Positions 10,018 to 18,972 of a stretch of 60,489 nucleotides of DNA are shown in pieces. The notes beneath the pieces are model-generated. The model was not told the DNA's origin and ran no database searches. It saw only the letters and a program-made list of their open reading frames with translations. The stretch's first letter is position 1. Each line of letters starts with the position of its first letter. Where the stretch lies: NCBI GenBank assembly GCA_017560905.1, contig JAFZEA010000008.1, positions 1 through 60,489 on the forward strand, in the 5' to 3' direction. The stretch is from Clostridia bacterium (lineage in GTDB: Bacteria > Bacillota > Clostridia > Oscillospirales > QAKW01). The translations under genes and the position numbers were made by a program.

Positions 10018-11382
10018 TTATCTGTCTTTCAGCGGCACGTAGGGATAACGTGCATTGACATTTTCATAGGCGGGACGAATGATCTTGCCGCCGCCGATGA
10101 GTTCCTCCAGTCTGTGCGCACTCCAGCCGGCAATTCTGCTGATGGCAAACAAAGGCGTATACAACTCGCTGGGCAGATCCAGCATTGAATATACAAAACC
10201 GCTGTAAAAATCTACGTTGGCACTGACGCCTTTATAGATTTTACGCTTTTTGGCGATGACGTCAGGCGCCAGACGGGCAACACCGGTGTACAACGCAAAC
10301 TCTTTTTCTCTGCCCTTTTCTCTGGACAGCGCTTCCACGTATTCTCTGAGAATGTCGCTTCGGGGATCGCTCAAGGAATAAACCGCGTGTCCCATACCGT
10401 AGATCAGACCGCTTTTGTCAAAGGCTTCCTTGTTCACGATCTTTTCAAGATAAGCTGCAACCTCTTGCTCATCCTCCCAATCCTTCACATTGGCACGGAT
10501 ATCGTCGAACATCTGCACGACCTTGATATTGGCGCCGCCGTGACGGGGACCCTTAAGAGAACACAAAGAAGCCGCCATACTGGAATAAGTATCGGTACCC
10601 GACGAGGTGACAACGTGGGTGGTAAAGGTAGAGTTATTACCACCGCCGTGCTCGGCATGGAGCACCAGCGCCACATCCAGCAGCTTGGCCTCAAGTTCGG
10701 TATACTGACCGTCGGGACGGAGCAGATACAGAATGTTCTCCGCTGTGGAACGAGCGGGGTCAGGGTTACGGATATACAAATTGCCGCCGGCGATATAGTG
10801 AATGTAGGCGTGATAGGAATACAGCGCAATCATCGGCAACGTGGCAATCAACTGCAAGCACTGGCGCAGTACGTTGGGAATGGAAATGTCCAAGGGGTTG
10901 GTGTCATATCCATAGAGCGTCAGCACACTGCGGGCCAGCGTGTTCATCAGATCGGGTGTGGGCGCTTTGAGAATAACATCACGGACAAAATTGGTAGGCA
11001 GGGTGCGGTAGGATGCCTGCATTTCTTTAAATTCTGCCAGCTCCTTGCTATTAGGCAATTTTCCAAACAACAGCAAATACACCGTTTCCTCAAAGCCAAA
11101 ACGATTTTCTTCCGAAAAGCCGTGTACCAGATCACGAATGGGAATACCCCGATAATACAACTCGCCCTGACAGGGAATCAGCTTATCGTCAACTTTTTTA
11201 TAAGCGTTGATCTCAGAAATTTCCGTCAGGCCCGTCAGAACACCGCGGCCATCCAGATCGCGCAGACCGCGCTTGACCTGCAGAGAGGTATACAAAGAAG
11301 GGTCTATACCGAAATTCTCTATACATTTTTGCGCATAGACCTCAATACATTCAGTAATGTCGGAATAGTGCTTATTGGTCAT
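10018..11382 (-). CDS. gltA: Citrate synthase (citrate/2-methylcitrate synthase family)
   Basis: LHAEHGGGNNSTF, GPRHGGAN, GMGHAVY..SDPR, ANVDFYSG, RIAGWSAH. Confidence 0.94.
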   Translation of the reverse strand: MTNKHYSDITECIEVYAQKCIENFGIDPSLYTSLQVKRGLRDLDGRGVLTGLTEISEINAYKKVDDKLIPCQGELYYRGIPIRDLVHGFSEENRFGFEETVYLLLFGKLPNSKELAEFKEMQASYRTLPTNFVRDVILKAPTPDLMNTLARSVLTLYGYDTNPLDISIPNVLRQCLQLIATLPMIALYSYHAYIHYIAGGNLYIRNPDPARSTAENILYLLRPDGQYTELEAKLLDVALVLHAEHGGGNNSTFTTHVVTSSGTDTYSSMAASLCSLKGPRHGGANIKVVQMFDDIRANVKDWEDEQEVAAYLEKIVNKEAFDKSGLIYGMGHAVYSLSDPRSDILREYVEALSREKGREKEFALYTGVARLAPDVIAKKRKIYKGVSANVDFYSGFVYSMLDLPSELYTPLFAISRIAGWSAHRLEELIGGGKIIRPAYENVNARYPYVPLKDR

Positions 11383-11436
11383 CGATTTTCCTCACTTTTT
11401 GATATTATAATAGAGTATTTTACCACAATTTACGTA

Positions 11437-11976
11437 TTATGGCAAGACCTCTTTATGGGACTCAATGTATCCGAAATATTTTGCGGCGGCAGAGGGAGTG
11501 AGATTGCTGAGGCTTACGCCTCTGACCGAACCATCGGTAGCAATAAAATACGTGATGGGACAAGTGGTCACATTATAAAGTGCGGCTATTTCGCCCTTTT
11601 TGTCGGGAATGATAATATCCGCTGTCAGCCCCGCCTCGTCAAGATAATCGGTAATGTCCTTCCCACTGTCACCGATGGCTACCAAAACAGTAGTCACCGC
11701 CTTGCCCTCGGCGGCGACCGCAAGATTGGTGAGCAACGCTTTGCCGTCCCCCTGGGTGCGGTCAAAAAAGATCAGTGCCACACCTTTTTCACCGTAAAGC
11801 TTACTGAGGGTCTGCGCCTGTCCTGCGGCGTCTTCGGCGGTAAAGTCAACACTGTCGCCCAGATTTTTGTCACCGCCCATCAAACCGGCCACTGCAAAAA
11901 ACAAAGCGATGATCAAGATGACCGCACCGCAGATGAGCAAAAACGGTTTTAAAAAACCGGTAGAATTTCCTTTCAT
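11437..11976 (-). CDS. Membrane-anchored redoxin/TlpA-like protein lacking CxxC
   Basis: N-terminal TM, then DFTAEDAAGQAQTLS and D.KGEIAALYNVTTCPITYFI thioredoxin-fold pattern. Confidence 0.7.
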   Translation of the reverse strand: MKGNSTGFLKPFLLICGAVILIIALFFAVAGLMGGDKNLGDSVDFTAEDAAGQAQTLSKLYGEKGVALIFFDRTQGDGKALLTNLAVAAEGKAVTTVLVAIGDSGKDITDYLDEAGLTADIIIPDKKGEIAALYNVTTCPITYFIATDGSVRGVSLSNLTPSAAAKYFGYIESHKEVLP

Positions 11977-11988
11977 ATCTTTTCCTCC

Positions 11989-12240
11989 TTATGACTTATC
12001 CGCACCGGGCAATACGGAAAAACACTTACGGTACACTTTTGAAAAATAGGCGGGTGATGCAAAACCGCATTTTTCTGCAGTCTCCGCCACCGAGTGTCCT
12101 TTACGAAGCATACGGCGTGCCTTTTCACAGCGCACCGATTGCCAATAATGAGATGCGGTATTCCCGGTCACGATTTTAAAAATATGGCAAAGATGGTAGC
12201 GACTGATGCCCACCGCCGCAGCCAGTGACTGCGTGATTTT
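11989..12240 (-). pseudogene. AraC-family regulator C-terminal HTH remnant
   Basis: SLAAAVGISRYHLCHIFK...VAETAEKCGFASPAYFSKVYRK; no sensor domain or start between it and the aroK stop. Confidence 0.7.
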
Positions 12241-12735
12241 TTACTTGGAAATGATTTTAAGTATTTTTTTGAGAAGCTCGTCTTTTGACAGGCCCGAAGC
12301 GTTGACGGTAATGTGGGCATATTTCTCGTAAAGTGCCTTGCGCTCCAGATAGATCTTGGAAAAATGCATGTGCGACAATCCGGCGATTCCGCGGGATTTG
12401 AGATTTTCAATGCGCCCGTAGACCTCTTCCAAGGGAAGCTCCAGATAGATCACGGTGGCGTTACGGCAAATGTGCTCCATGCCGGCCGCGCTGTATACCG
12501 CACTGCCGCCGGTGGAGATCACTGTTTCATCCACGTCCACCGAAAGCAAAGCCTGTTCCTCTATGTTATAAAAGCTTTCAAGACCGTCCTCATCCAGAAT
12601 CTTTTGGATCATCTTTTTTTCTCTGCGCTGCAAAAGAATATCCGTATCCAGAAAATCAAAACAGATCTCCTTTGCCAGCATAACACCCACCGTGCTTTTT
12701 CCGCTGGTCGGCATTCCGATCAATACATAATTCAT
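12241..12735 (-). CDS. aroK: Shikimate kinase
   Basis: LIGMPTSGKSTVG P-loop, DTD, VISTGGSAV, ERKALYEK. Confidence 0.92.
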   Translation of the reverse strand: MNYVLIGMPTSGKSTVGVMLAKEICFDFLDTDILLQRREKKMIQKILDEDGLESFYNIEEQALLSVDVDETVISTGGSAVYSAAGMEHICRNATVIYLELPLEEVYGRIENLKSRGIAGLSHMHFSKIYLERKALYEKYAHITVNASGLSKDELLKKILKIISK

Positions 12736-13205
12736 ACTGTTTTTCCTCCCACGTTTATAATTTTAAGACCTTTTTTGCCCGCATAATCCACGGTCATCTG
12801 AGTACCGCCGCCCGGATGGCACTGAAAGCACACACAGTATTCACTGCCATCTACCAATGCGCGGTTGCGAACAAACATACAGCCCCGATAATAGTGCTCT
12901 GCCAAAACGTTGACCTCATCGGCCGCTTGCTTGATGGACTGATATCGCCTACGATCTGCCGCGCCCCAACTTTTGTCCTGGTCGGCGCAAGGCAACATCA
13001 GCACCAGACGGATGTGTGGATATTTTTCCCGCTGCTCCAGCACGGCCAGTGCCGCCACGGTGTCAAAACCAAGCGCACCGCCGGCGCGAAACTCGGTAAC
13101 CCCTTGTGAAATCAGATGTGTAATCGTTTGCTCCAGCCGATCTCTCAGTCCGTCGGCCGCCTCTTGCGGCAACTCACGATGCCCCGTAAAACAACACACA
13201 CTCAT
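12732..13205 (-). CDS. SLOG/DUF1273 (YspA-like) protein
   Basis: CCFTGHR, GGALGFD, RNRALVD, GGTQMTV; GGAGGTG RBS before ATG 13205. Confidence 0.88.
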   Translation of the reverse strand: MSVCCFTGHRELPQEAADGLRDRLEQTITHLISQGVTEFRAGGALGFDTVAALAVLEQREKYPHIRLVLMLPCADQDKSWGAADRRRYQSIKQAADEVNVLAEHYYRGCMFVRNRALVDGSEYCVCFQCHPGGGTQMTVDYAGKKGLKIINVGGKTV

Positions 13206-13342
13206 TTCCCTCACCTCCGTTGTTTTCATTCTAACACAGCCCATCTTATCTTGCAAGACAGAAAATGTTTGATTTTTGTTGTAACTGTCTTCTTTTTATG
13301 ATAGAATACTTATATTGAGATCGATAAGGAGGTCAATCCTAT

Positions 13343-14710
13343 ATGAAACGATTGCTTTGCTGGTTGCTGGTACTGCTTGTGTTGTGTGCTGTCGGCTGTT
13401 CGCCCATTGACGAAACCCCTTCGACCGAAGCACCCGCCGACGACAATCCCCCCGTCACACAGCCGGAAAATCAAAGCCCGAGTGCCAAAACCGAAAATCT
13501 TTTGCTTGATAAAAATGCCATCGCTAATGAAAAACTGTTGCCCCGCGGCGTTACAAAAAATCACGCCTGGATCAACGAGTTAAAAGATAAAACCCTCACC
13601 CTTTACTACTGCACCGAAAACGATTCCTTTAGCTATACAAGCGGCAAAAACAAAATTTACGAAAGCACGTGGCTTCGCAAAATACAGTCCGAATATAATA
13701 TCAACGTACACGCCGTCCGCAAAAGCGAGAACTCCTCACTTGCCGCACAGCGCATAGCCTTTCTCAGCGGTCAACAACTTGACCTGATGTCTTTTACTCC
13801 CGCACAACTGCCCTTTGCGCTCAATATGACAGTCGATGCCACCACACTGCTGGAGGATTACAAGACGACGGATTTTCTCAATCAGACCATACTGACTTAC
13901 GGTAACGGCAAACGCTTCTTTTCTCCCGCAGGTGTGGCACGCAATCTGTGGTACACCAAGCAAGCCGCCACCTCACCGCTTTCCCTGTCAGAAAACGAGT
14001 TGTGGGACCTGACCGCTTTTGGAAACTTTATCACCGAACGCACCAAGATCAAAGATACTACCGTATCGATCTACGGTTACGAAACACACGACTTTACCGA
14101 TTTTCTGTCGGCGCTGGGTACGCCCGTCATCACCTATGACAACGGCTACACCGCCGCCATCGACAGCGCCAAAAGTAACATTCTTTCCCTGCAGACGCTC
14201 AACAGCACTTACCGTTATCACTACAACGGGCAGAGCAGAGAAAATGCCCCCTCTTTGATCGACGGCACACTGGCGATGCGGTACGGTCAGACCCCCTTTA
14301 TCAAAACCGCAGACAAATACCCCGAAATCGAATGGGCTCCCCTGCCCACCGCCGCACGACATACAGGCAAGGGTGTCGTCAGCGCCTGCGCCCCCGTTTT
14401 TGCACTGCCCAAGGATGGCCCGCAAAACAAAGCGGCGCTGTGTCTGGCACTGCTGTGGACCGCACGTATGGCCGATGCCAACCACGATCTGTTGCGCTTT
14501 ACCTACGGACTTAGCTTTAAAAACTGGACCAAATATTATCACGCCACCAATTCGCAGATGCAGATCGTCCATAGTGCAGGTGCCAATTTCACCGCCGCAC
14601 TGCGACGCCTGATGGCGACCGCCACCTTTGAAGAAAGCGAATACCAAACCTTGCGTCAGGATATCCATAATTGCTGCATCAACGCCAATGCGAGACTGAC
14701 CGATGAATGA
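13343..14710 (+). CDS. Lipoprotein, probable extracellular solute-binding fold
   Basis: Lipobox AVGC, Pro/Thr linker, patterns such as WDLTAF and IEWAPLP; AGGAGG RBS. Confidence 0.65.
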   Translation: MKRLLCWLLVLLVLCAVGCSPIDETPSTEAPADDNPPVTQPENQSPSAKTENLLLDKNAIANEKLLPRGVTKNHAWINELKDKTLTLYYCTENDSFSYTSGKNKIYESTWLRKIQSEYNINVHAVRKSENSSLAAQRIAFLSGQQLDLMSFTPAQLPFALNMTVDATTLLEDYKTTDFLNQTILTYGNGKRFFSPAGVARNLWYTKQAATSPLSLSENELWDLTAFGNFITERTKIKDTTVSIYGYETHDFTDFLSALGTPVITYDNGYTAAIDSAKSNILSLQTLNSTYRYHYNGQSRENAPSLIDGTLAMRYGQTPFIKTADKYPEIEWAPLPTAARHTGKGVVSACAPVFALPKDGPQNKAALCLALLWTARMADANHDLLRFTYGLSFKNWTKYYHATNSQMQIVHSAGANFTAALRRLMATATFEESEYQTLRQDIHNCCINANARLTDE

Positions 14711-15164
14711 CAAAGAATATATGATGCTGGCGCTGGAGCAGGCAAAAATCGCCTATAACCTGGGTGAAGTACCCGTAGGCGCCGTCATTGTACAGAACGG
14801 CAAGGTGATAGCCACGGGCTACAATCGCCGCGAAATTGACAAAAATGCGCTCTCTCACGCCGAGCACACCGCCATTGACAACGCCTGCAAAGCCCTGGGC
14901 GGGTGGCGACTCCCCCGCTGTACACTGTACGTGACACTGGAACCCTGCCTTATGTGCAGCGGTGCCATCCTGCACGCTCGCATCGACCGTGTGGTATTCG
15001 GCACACGCGACGAAAAAAGCGGTGCCTTTGGCTCGGTGCTGGACGTGAACACGCTGCCCCTCAATCACAAGTGTGAGGTCACCGAGGGCATCTGCGCCGA
15101 GGAATGTAAAAATATATTACAGCAGTTTTTTTCTGACCTGCGGCAGCGCAAGAAAAAGAAATGA
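14703..15164 (+). CDS. tadA: tRNA adenosine(34) deaminase
   Basis: GEVPVGAVIV, HAE, TLYVTLEPCLMC, FFSDLR. Confidence 0.94.
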   Translation: MNDKEYMMLALEQAKIAYNLGEVPVGAVIVQNGKVIATGYNRREIDKNALSHAEHTAIDNACKALGGWRLPRCTLYVTLEPCLMCSGAILHARIDRVVFGTRDEKSGAFGSVLDVNTLPLNHKCEVTEGICAEECKNILQQFFSDLRQRKKKK

Positions 15165-15211
15165 TCCTATAATATAATTTGGGATCAACTGTGAATTTTC
15201 CTTTTATATGC

Positions 15212-15245
15212 AAGACCCCCGCCTCTTTACGAGGCGGGGGTTCTT
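15212..15245. terminator. Bidirectional hairpin between tadA and the LTA synthase-family gene
   Basis: CCCCCGCCTC-TTTAC-GAGGCGGGGG followed by TTCTT. Confidence 0.75.
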
Positions 15246-15265
15246 ATTGGTTTGTCTGCAATATA

Positions 15266-17269
15266 CTATTTGGAATAATAGTGTTCGCGGCCTGTGACGG
15301 CGGCGTAATAATTATTCTCCAGCATCTGCGCGCTGACCTTGAATTTGTTGCTGACGATACGTTTAATATTCTCCACGTATTCTTGTTCGTTTTCTACCGT
15401 TTGCCCTGCAAACAGCTCAAACTCTTTTGTTTCCGCATTGTATCTTCCCTTATCGGTGATCCAACTGCGGTTGAGAAACAGCACAAGCGGCTGGGCATCA
15501 GACAAGATATCCTTACCCATCAGCAATCTGGAGTCATACTCAAAGCCGAACAGATTGTTCAGTGTCGGAATGATATCCGACGTACCGCAGACCTTGTCAA
15601 CGGTAATCGGCTCCATAGAGGGACAATATATAATCAGACTGCTCTTGTACAGCTCAAAGTTGGTTTCCACGCTGTGGCCTGCCACCTCGTCAAAGTACAT
15701 ATACGGATTTTCAGCGCTGCTGTCCTCCAGCCCGTAGGGGTAATGGTCGGGGGTGATGACAATGACCGTCTTATCCGCCACACCTGCCGTTTCCAGTGCC
15801 GACAGCAGTTTTTCCATTGCCTTATCAAATTCAATATTACAGGCGTAGTAAGCTCTGACCGCTTCGCTATAGGGCAGATGGGAAACAAGATCTCTGTTTT
15901 TGTACGCCATGGAATTGCCGTCAAAGTTATACTCCATATGGCCGCTGACCGTCATATAGTAGGTCATAAACGGTTGCTCGCCGCCCAGATAATCCTCCAC
16001 AGTGGCCTCGATCATCTCCAGATCGCTCTCCGGCCACACCTTGCCGTTGACCTCGGTTTCCAGACCGTTGCCGATGCCCTTGTAAATATAGCCGAGATTG
16101 GGATGAGATACATCACGGTGATAATACGAATAGCTGTGATTGTGATAGGCGCGTACCGTTTGGGTGCCGCTGTGCAAAAACTGTTGCGGCATGGTAAAGG
16201 GCAAGAGCATATCCTGCTGTCCCGCAAGGTAATAACTCCACACGCCGCTCTTGGGCACAAGTCCCGTGGTGGCGGCATATTCACCGTCAAAAGTGCTGAC
16301 CTCCCAGATGGGGGTGTAAAACTGCGTAAAGTTAAAGCCCTCTGTCTGCATTTTATAAAGGGTGGGTGTCAGTTCCTTGTCAATGGCATAAGGAGAAAAG
16401 CCCTCAGCAGTAATCTGAATCAGATTATATCCCTCAAACATACCGGTATATTCGTTTTGTTGCGTGGGCTGTTGCAGGGCAAAATATTCGTGCAGTTCCT
16501 TTAAGTTTTGATCTGTTTCCGTGGCGGCAAGTGCCTCGAAATCAATACTCATAACATTGTCTGCATACTTGATCTCTTCCGGCTCGGGCGTTTCTGTCAC
16601 CGGTACTTCCGGCTCGATCTCGCCTGTGCCGCCCAGTCCCAACACATTGCAACGGATATCCATCAATTCCGCGCGAAGCAGACCAAACGCTTTGACCGAG
16701 CGTTCTTTATTAAAGGCGTCCAGCTGGATCTCACGTTGCGCGGGGATGCACAGACCGAGCAGCAGGATCAGACAATACGATACTATGCCCAGACCCGCTC
16801 TCCACAGACATCCCTTCCAACCAAGCTGACCCATCGCAAAAGAGCGGGTATAGACCACCACACCTGCCACCGGCAGCGCCAACAGGATAAACGCCCACCA
16901 ACAGCCCAGTATGGCGCCCACGGTATTCTCTATCAATCCCGAAGCGATGACCTGATCGGCGCCGCCCGCCATAATGGAATACAAAATCATAAACTTGCCG
17001 AAAAATGACTGGTAGATGATCTGAACAATATACCACACCGACAGCCCTACCTGCACACCGATCATAATACGGCGGTTCACTTTTTCACTAAAAAAGCTCA
17101 CAAGCGCGGTAAGGATACCACCCAGCACAATACTGTTGAGTATCACAAACAGCAAGCCGACGTCAAAAAAACGTCCGCCGGCGCAGATGCGAATGATGAT
17201 CTCCATAAATATTAAATTAACAGGCAGCACCAACCAACGGTGCCACAAGGTCTGTCTGTTTTCTCTCAT
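15266..17269 (-). CDS. LTA synthase/sulfatase family membrane protein
   Basis: Five N-terminal TM, NLIQITAEGFS, LTPTL, STFDGEY, YMTVSGH, TPDHYPY. Confidence 0.88.
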   Translation of the reverse strand: MRENRQTLWHRWLVLPVNLIFMEIIIRICAGGRFFDVGLLFVILNSIVLGGILTALVSFFSEKVNRRIMIGVQVGLSVWYIVQIIYQSFFGKFMILYSIMAGGADQVIASGLIENTVGAILGCWWAFILLALPVAGVVVYTRSFAMGQLGWKGCLWRAGLGIVSYCLILLLGLCIPAQREIQLDAFNKERSVKAFGLLRAELMDIRCNVLGLGGTGEIEPEVPVTETPEPEEIKYADNVMSIDFEALAATETDQNLKELHEYFALQQPTQQNEYTGMFEGYNLIQITAEGFSPYAIDKELTPTLYKMQTEGFNFTQFYTPIWEVSTFDGEYAATTGLVPKSGVWSYYLAGQQDMLLPFTMPQQFLHSGTQTVRAYHNHSYSYYHRDVSHPNLGYIYKGIGNGLETEVNGKVWPESDLEMIEATVEDYLGGEQPFMTYYMTVSGHMEYNFDGNSMAYKNRDLVSHLPYSEAVRAYYACNIEFDKAMEKLLSALETAGVADKTVIVITPDHYPYGLEDSSAENPYMYFDEVAGHSVETNFELYKSSLIIYCPSMEPITVDKVCGTSDIIPTLNNLFGFEYDSRLLMGKDILSDAQPLVLFLNRSWITDKGRYNAETKEFELFAGQTVENEQEYVENIKRIVSNKFKVSAQMLENNYYAAVTGREHYYSK

Positions 17270-17270
17270 A

Positions 17271-18149
17271 TCAAATCTCCATTCCGCGCGCTCTGAGCAC
17301 GGCATATAATCCGTTAATGGTTTTCTTTTTATCTGCGCTCCAAAGCGGTGCGATCAGCAAACGCTTATCTCCATCTCCCGTCATACGGTGCACCACCATA
17401 CCCTCGGGCAAGCACTCCAGTGCCTCTGCCACTATATCATAATATTCCTGTGGGGAAAGCACCTTGCACCTTCCCTCATAATACCATTTTTCAAGCTCCG
17501 TGCCTTTAAGCACGTGCAACAGCTGCAGCTTGATACCGTCACCTATGGCAGCGGCCCGCACCGAGCACAGCATTTGCTCCCTGTCCTCTCCGGGCAGACC
17601 CAAAATAACATGGGTAATAATATGGATGGGCAGTGTCCTGAGCTTGCACACAGCCGCCTCATATTCCTCAAAAAGATAACCTCGACGGATCCGTTTGGCC
17701 GTGTCATCGCTCCCGCTTTGCAGACCAAGCTCTACCCACAGCGGCTTGACGGAGGAAAGCTCAGAGAGCATCTCCATCACCTCTGGTCCCAAACAGTCGG
17801 GACGGGTGGCAATACTCAGCGCCGCTATATCCTCCCGCTTTGCCGCGGCAAGATACATTTCTCTTAAATGGGATAACTCCCCGTACGTACCCGTATAGCT
17901 TTGAAAATAAGCAATGTACCGCTGACCGGAATACTTGGCGGACACCTTTCTCTTTGCGTACTCGATCTGGCGGTCTATATCCCATGCCGCAGGCGCGGCA
18001 AACTCCCCCGAGCCGCCCTCGGAGCAAAAAATACAGCCACCCTCCGCCCGTCGGTTGGGACAGTCGGTAGCGGCGCTCAAAGACAGCTTGTAGAGTTGCT
18101 CACCGAAAACGCTACGGCAATATTTATTTGTCGTGATGATCTTTTTCAT
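17271..18149 (-). CDS. TIGR01212 (YhcC-like) radical SAM protein
   Basis: CPNR...GGCIFC, YFQSYT, IATRPDC, VELGLQS, HRMTGD. Confidence 0.92.
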   Translation of the reverse strand: MKKIITTNKYCRSVFGEQLYKLSLSAATDCPNRRAEGGCIFCSEGGSGEFAAPAAWDIDRQIEYAKRKVSAKYSGQRYIAYFQSYTGTYGELSHLREMYLAAAKREDIAALSIATRPDCLGPEVMEMLSELSSVKPLWVELGLQSGSDDTAKRIRRGYLFEEYEAAVCKLRTLPIHIITHVILGLPGEDREQMLCSVRAAAIGDGIKLQLLHVLKGTELEKWYYEGRCKVLSPQEYYDIVAEALECLPEGMVVHRMTGDGDKRLLIAPLWSADKKKTINGLYAVLRARGMEI

Positions 18150-18256
18150 ACCCTTCTATAATAGCACCTTTTATGCCTAAAATCAACAAAATTCACTATA
18201 TCTTTACAAACAGAAAGAGAAGGCCGAAACCTTCTCTTTTTTTGATTAAAGTAAAC

Positions 18257-18829
18257 TTATTTTACGATGGTGCCTACGGCATCGCGGGGCAAACAAACAG
18301 CGTTGGCCTCGTCGGTGTCGATGTGCATAGCAGCAGCATAAGAGGGGCTGACACGGCAAACAACGTCTTCCAGGATGGCAGAACGCTCGCTCTGGATCTT
18401 AACGCCTACGATCTCCTTGTCCACAACGCCCAATCTCTCGGCATCTTCGGGAGTCAGGTGGATGTGACGCTTAGCGGCGATCACGCCCTTCTCCAGAGTA
18501 ACCTCGCCTGCAGGACCTCTGAGGATGATACCTGCGGTACCCTCAATGTCACCGCTCTCACGGATGGCAGCGGCAACACCCAGTGTACGGGCATCGGTCA
18601 GAGAAACCTCAACCTGTGTTTCAGGACGGCAGGGACCCAGAATGCTGACACCGGGAATGGTCTTCTTGGGGCCGACCAGGTCAACTCTCTCTTCGCAGGC
18701 AAACTGACCGGGCTGGCTGAGATCCTTCTTGGGGGTCAGCTCGTGGCCTTTGCCGAACAGGGTTTCCAGATCTTCCTTGGTAACGTGCAGGTGTCTGGCA
18801 CTCATTTCAACGATAAAAGTCTTGTCCAT
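18257..18829 (-). CDS. pduL: Phosphate propanoyltransferase (phosphotransacylase)
   Basis: SARHLH, DLSQPGQFA, RESGD, KRHIH, MHIDTDEANA. Confidence 0.94.
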   Translation of the reverse strand: MDKTFIVEMSARHLHVTKEDLETLFGKGHELTPKKDLSQPGQFACEERVDLVGPKKTIPGVSILGPCRPETQVEVSLTDARTLGVAAAIRESGDIEGTAGIILRGPAGEVTLEKGVIAAKRHIHLTPEDAERLGVVDKEIVGVKIQSERSAILEDVVCRVSPSYAAAMHIDTDEANAVCLPRDAVGTIVK

Positions 18830-18909
18830 TTTTATATCTCCTTAAAAAATAAAATTCATACACAATTATTGTACAACACTTATTTGTAAAATTCAACCTT
18901 TTTTATGAC

Positions 18910-18938
18910 TTGAAAAATAGCAACAGATATAATATAAT
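18910..18938 (+). promoter_or_regulatory. sigmaA promoter of metG
   Basis: TTGAAA-17 nt-TATAAT, about 35 nt before the ATG. Confidence 0.7.
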
Positions 18939-18972
18939 GATTATATCTGTATTACAAAGAGGGTAAGAAACT

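Noticed and set aside
18900-18972. T-box or SAM riboswitch before metG
   Set aside because: The promoter lies about 35 nt from the start codon, leaving no room.
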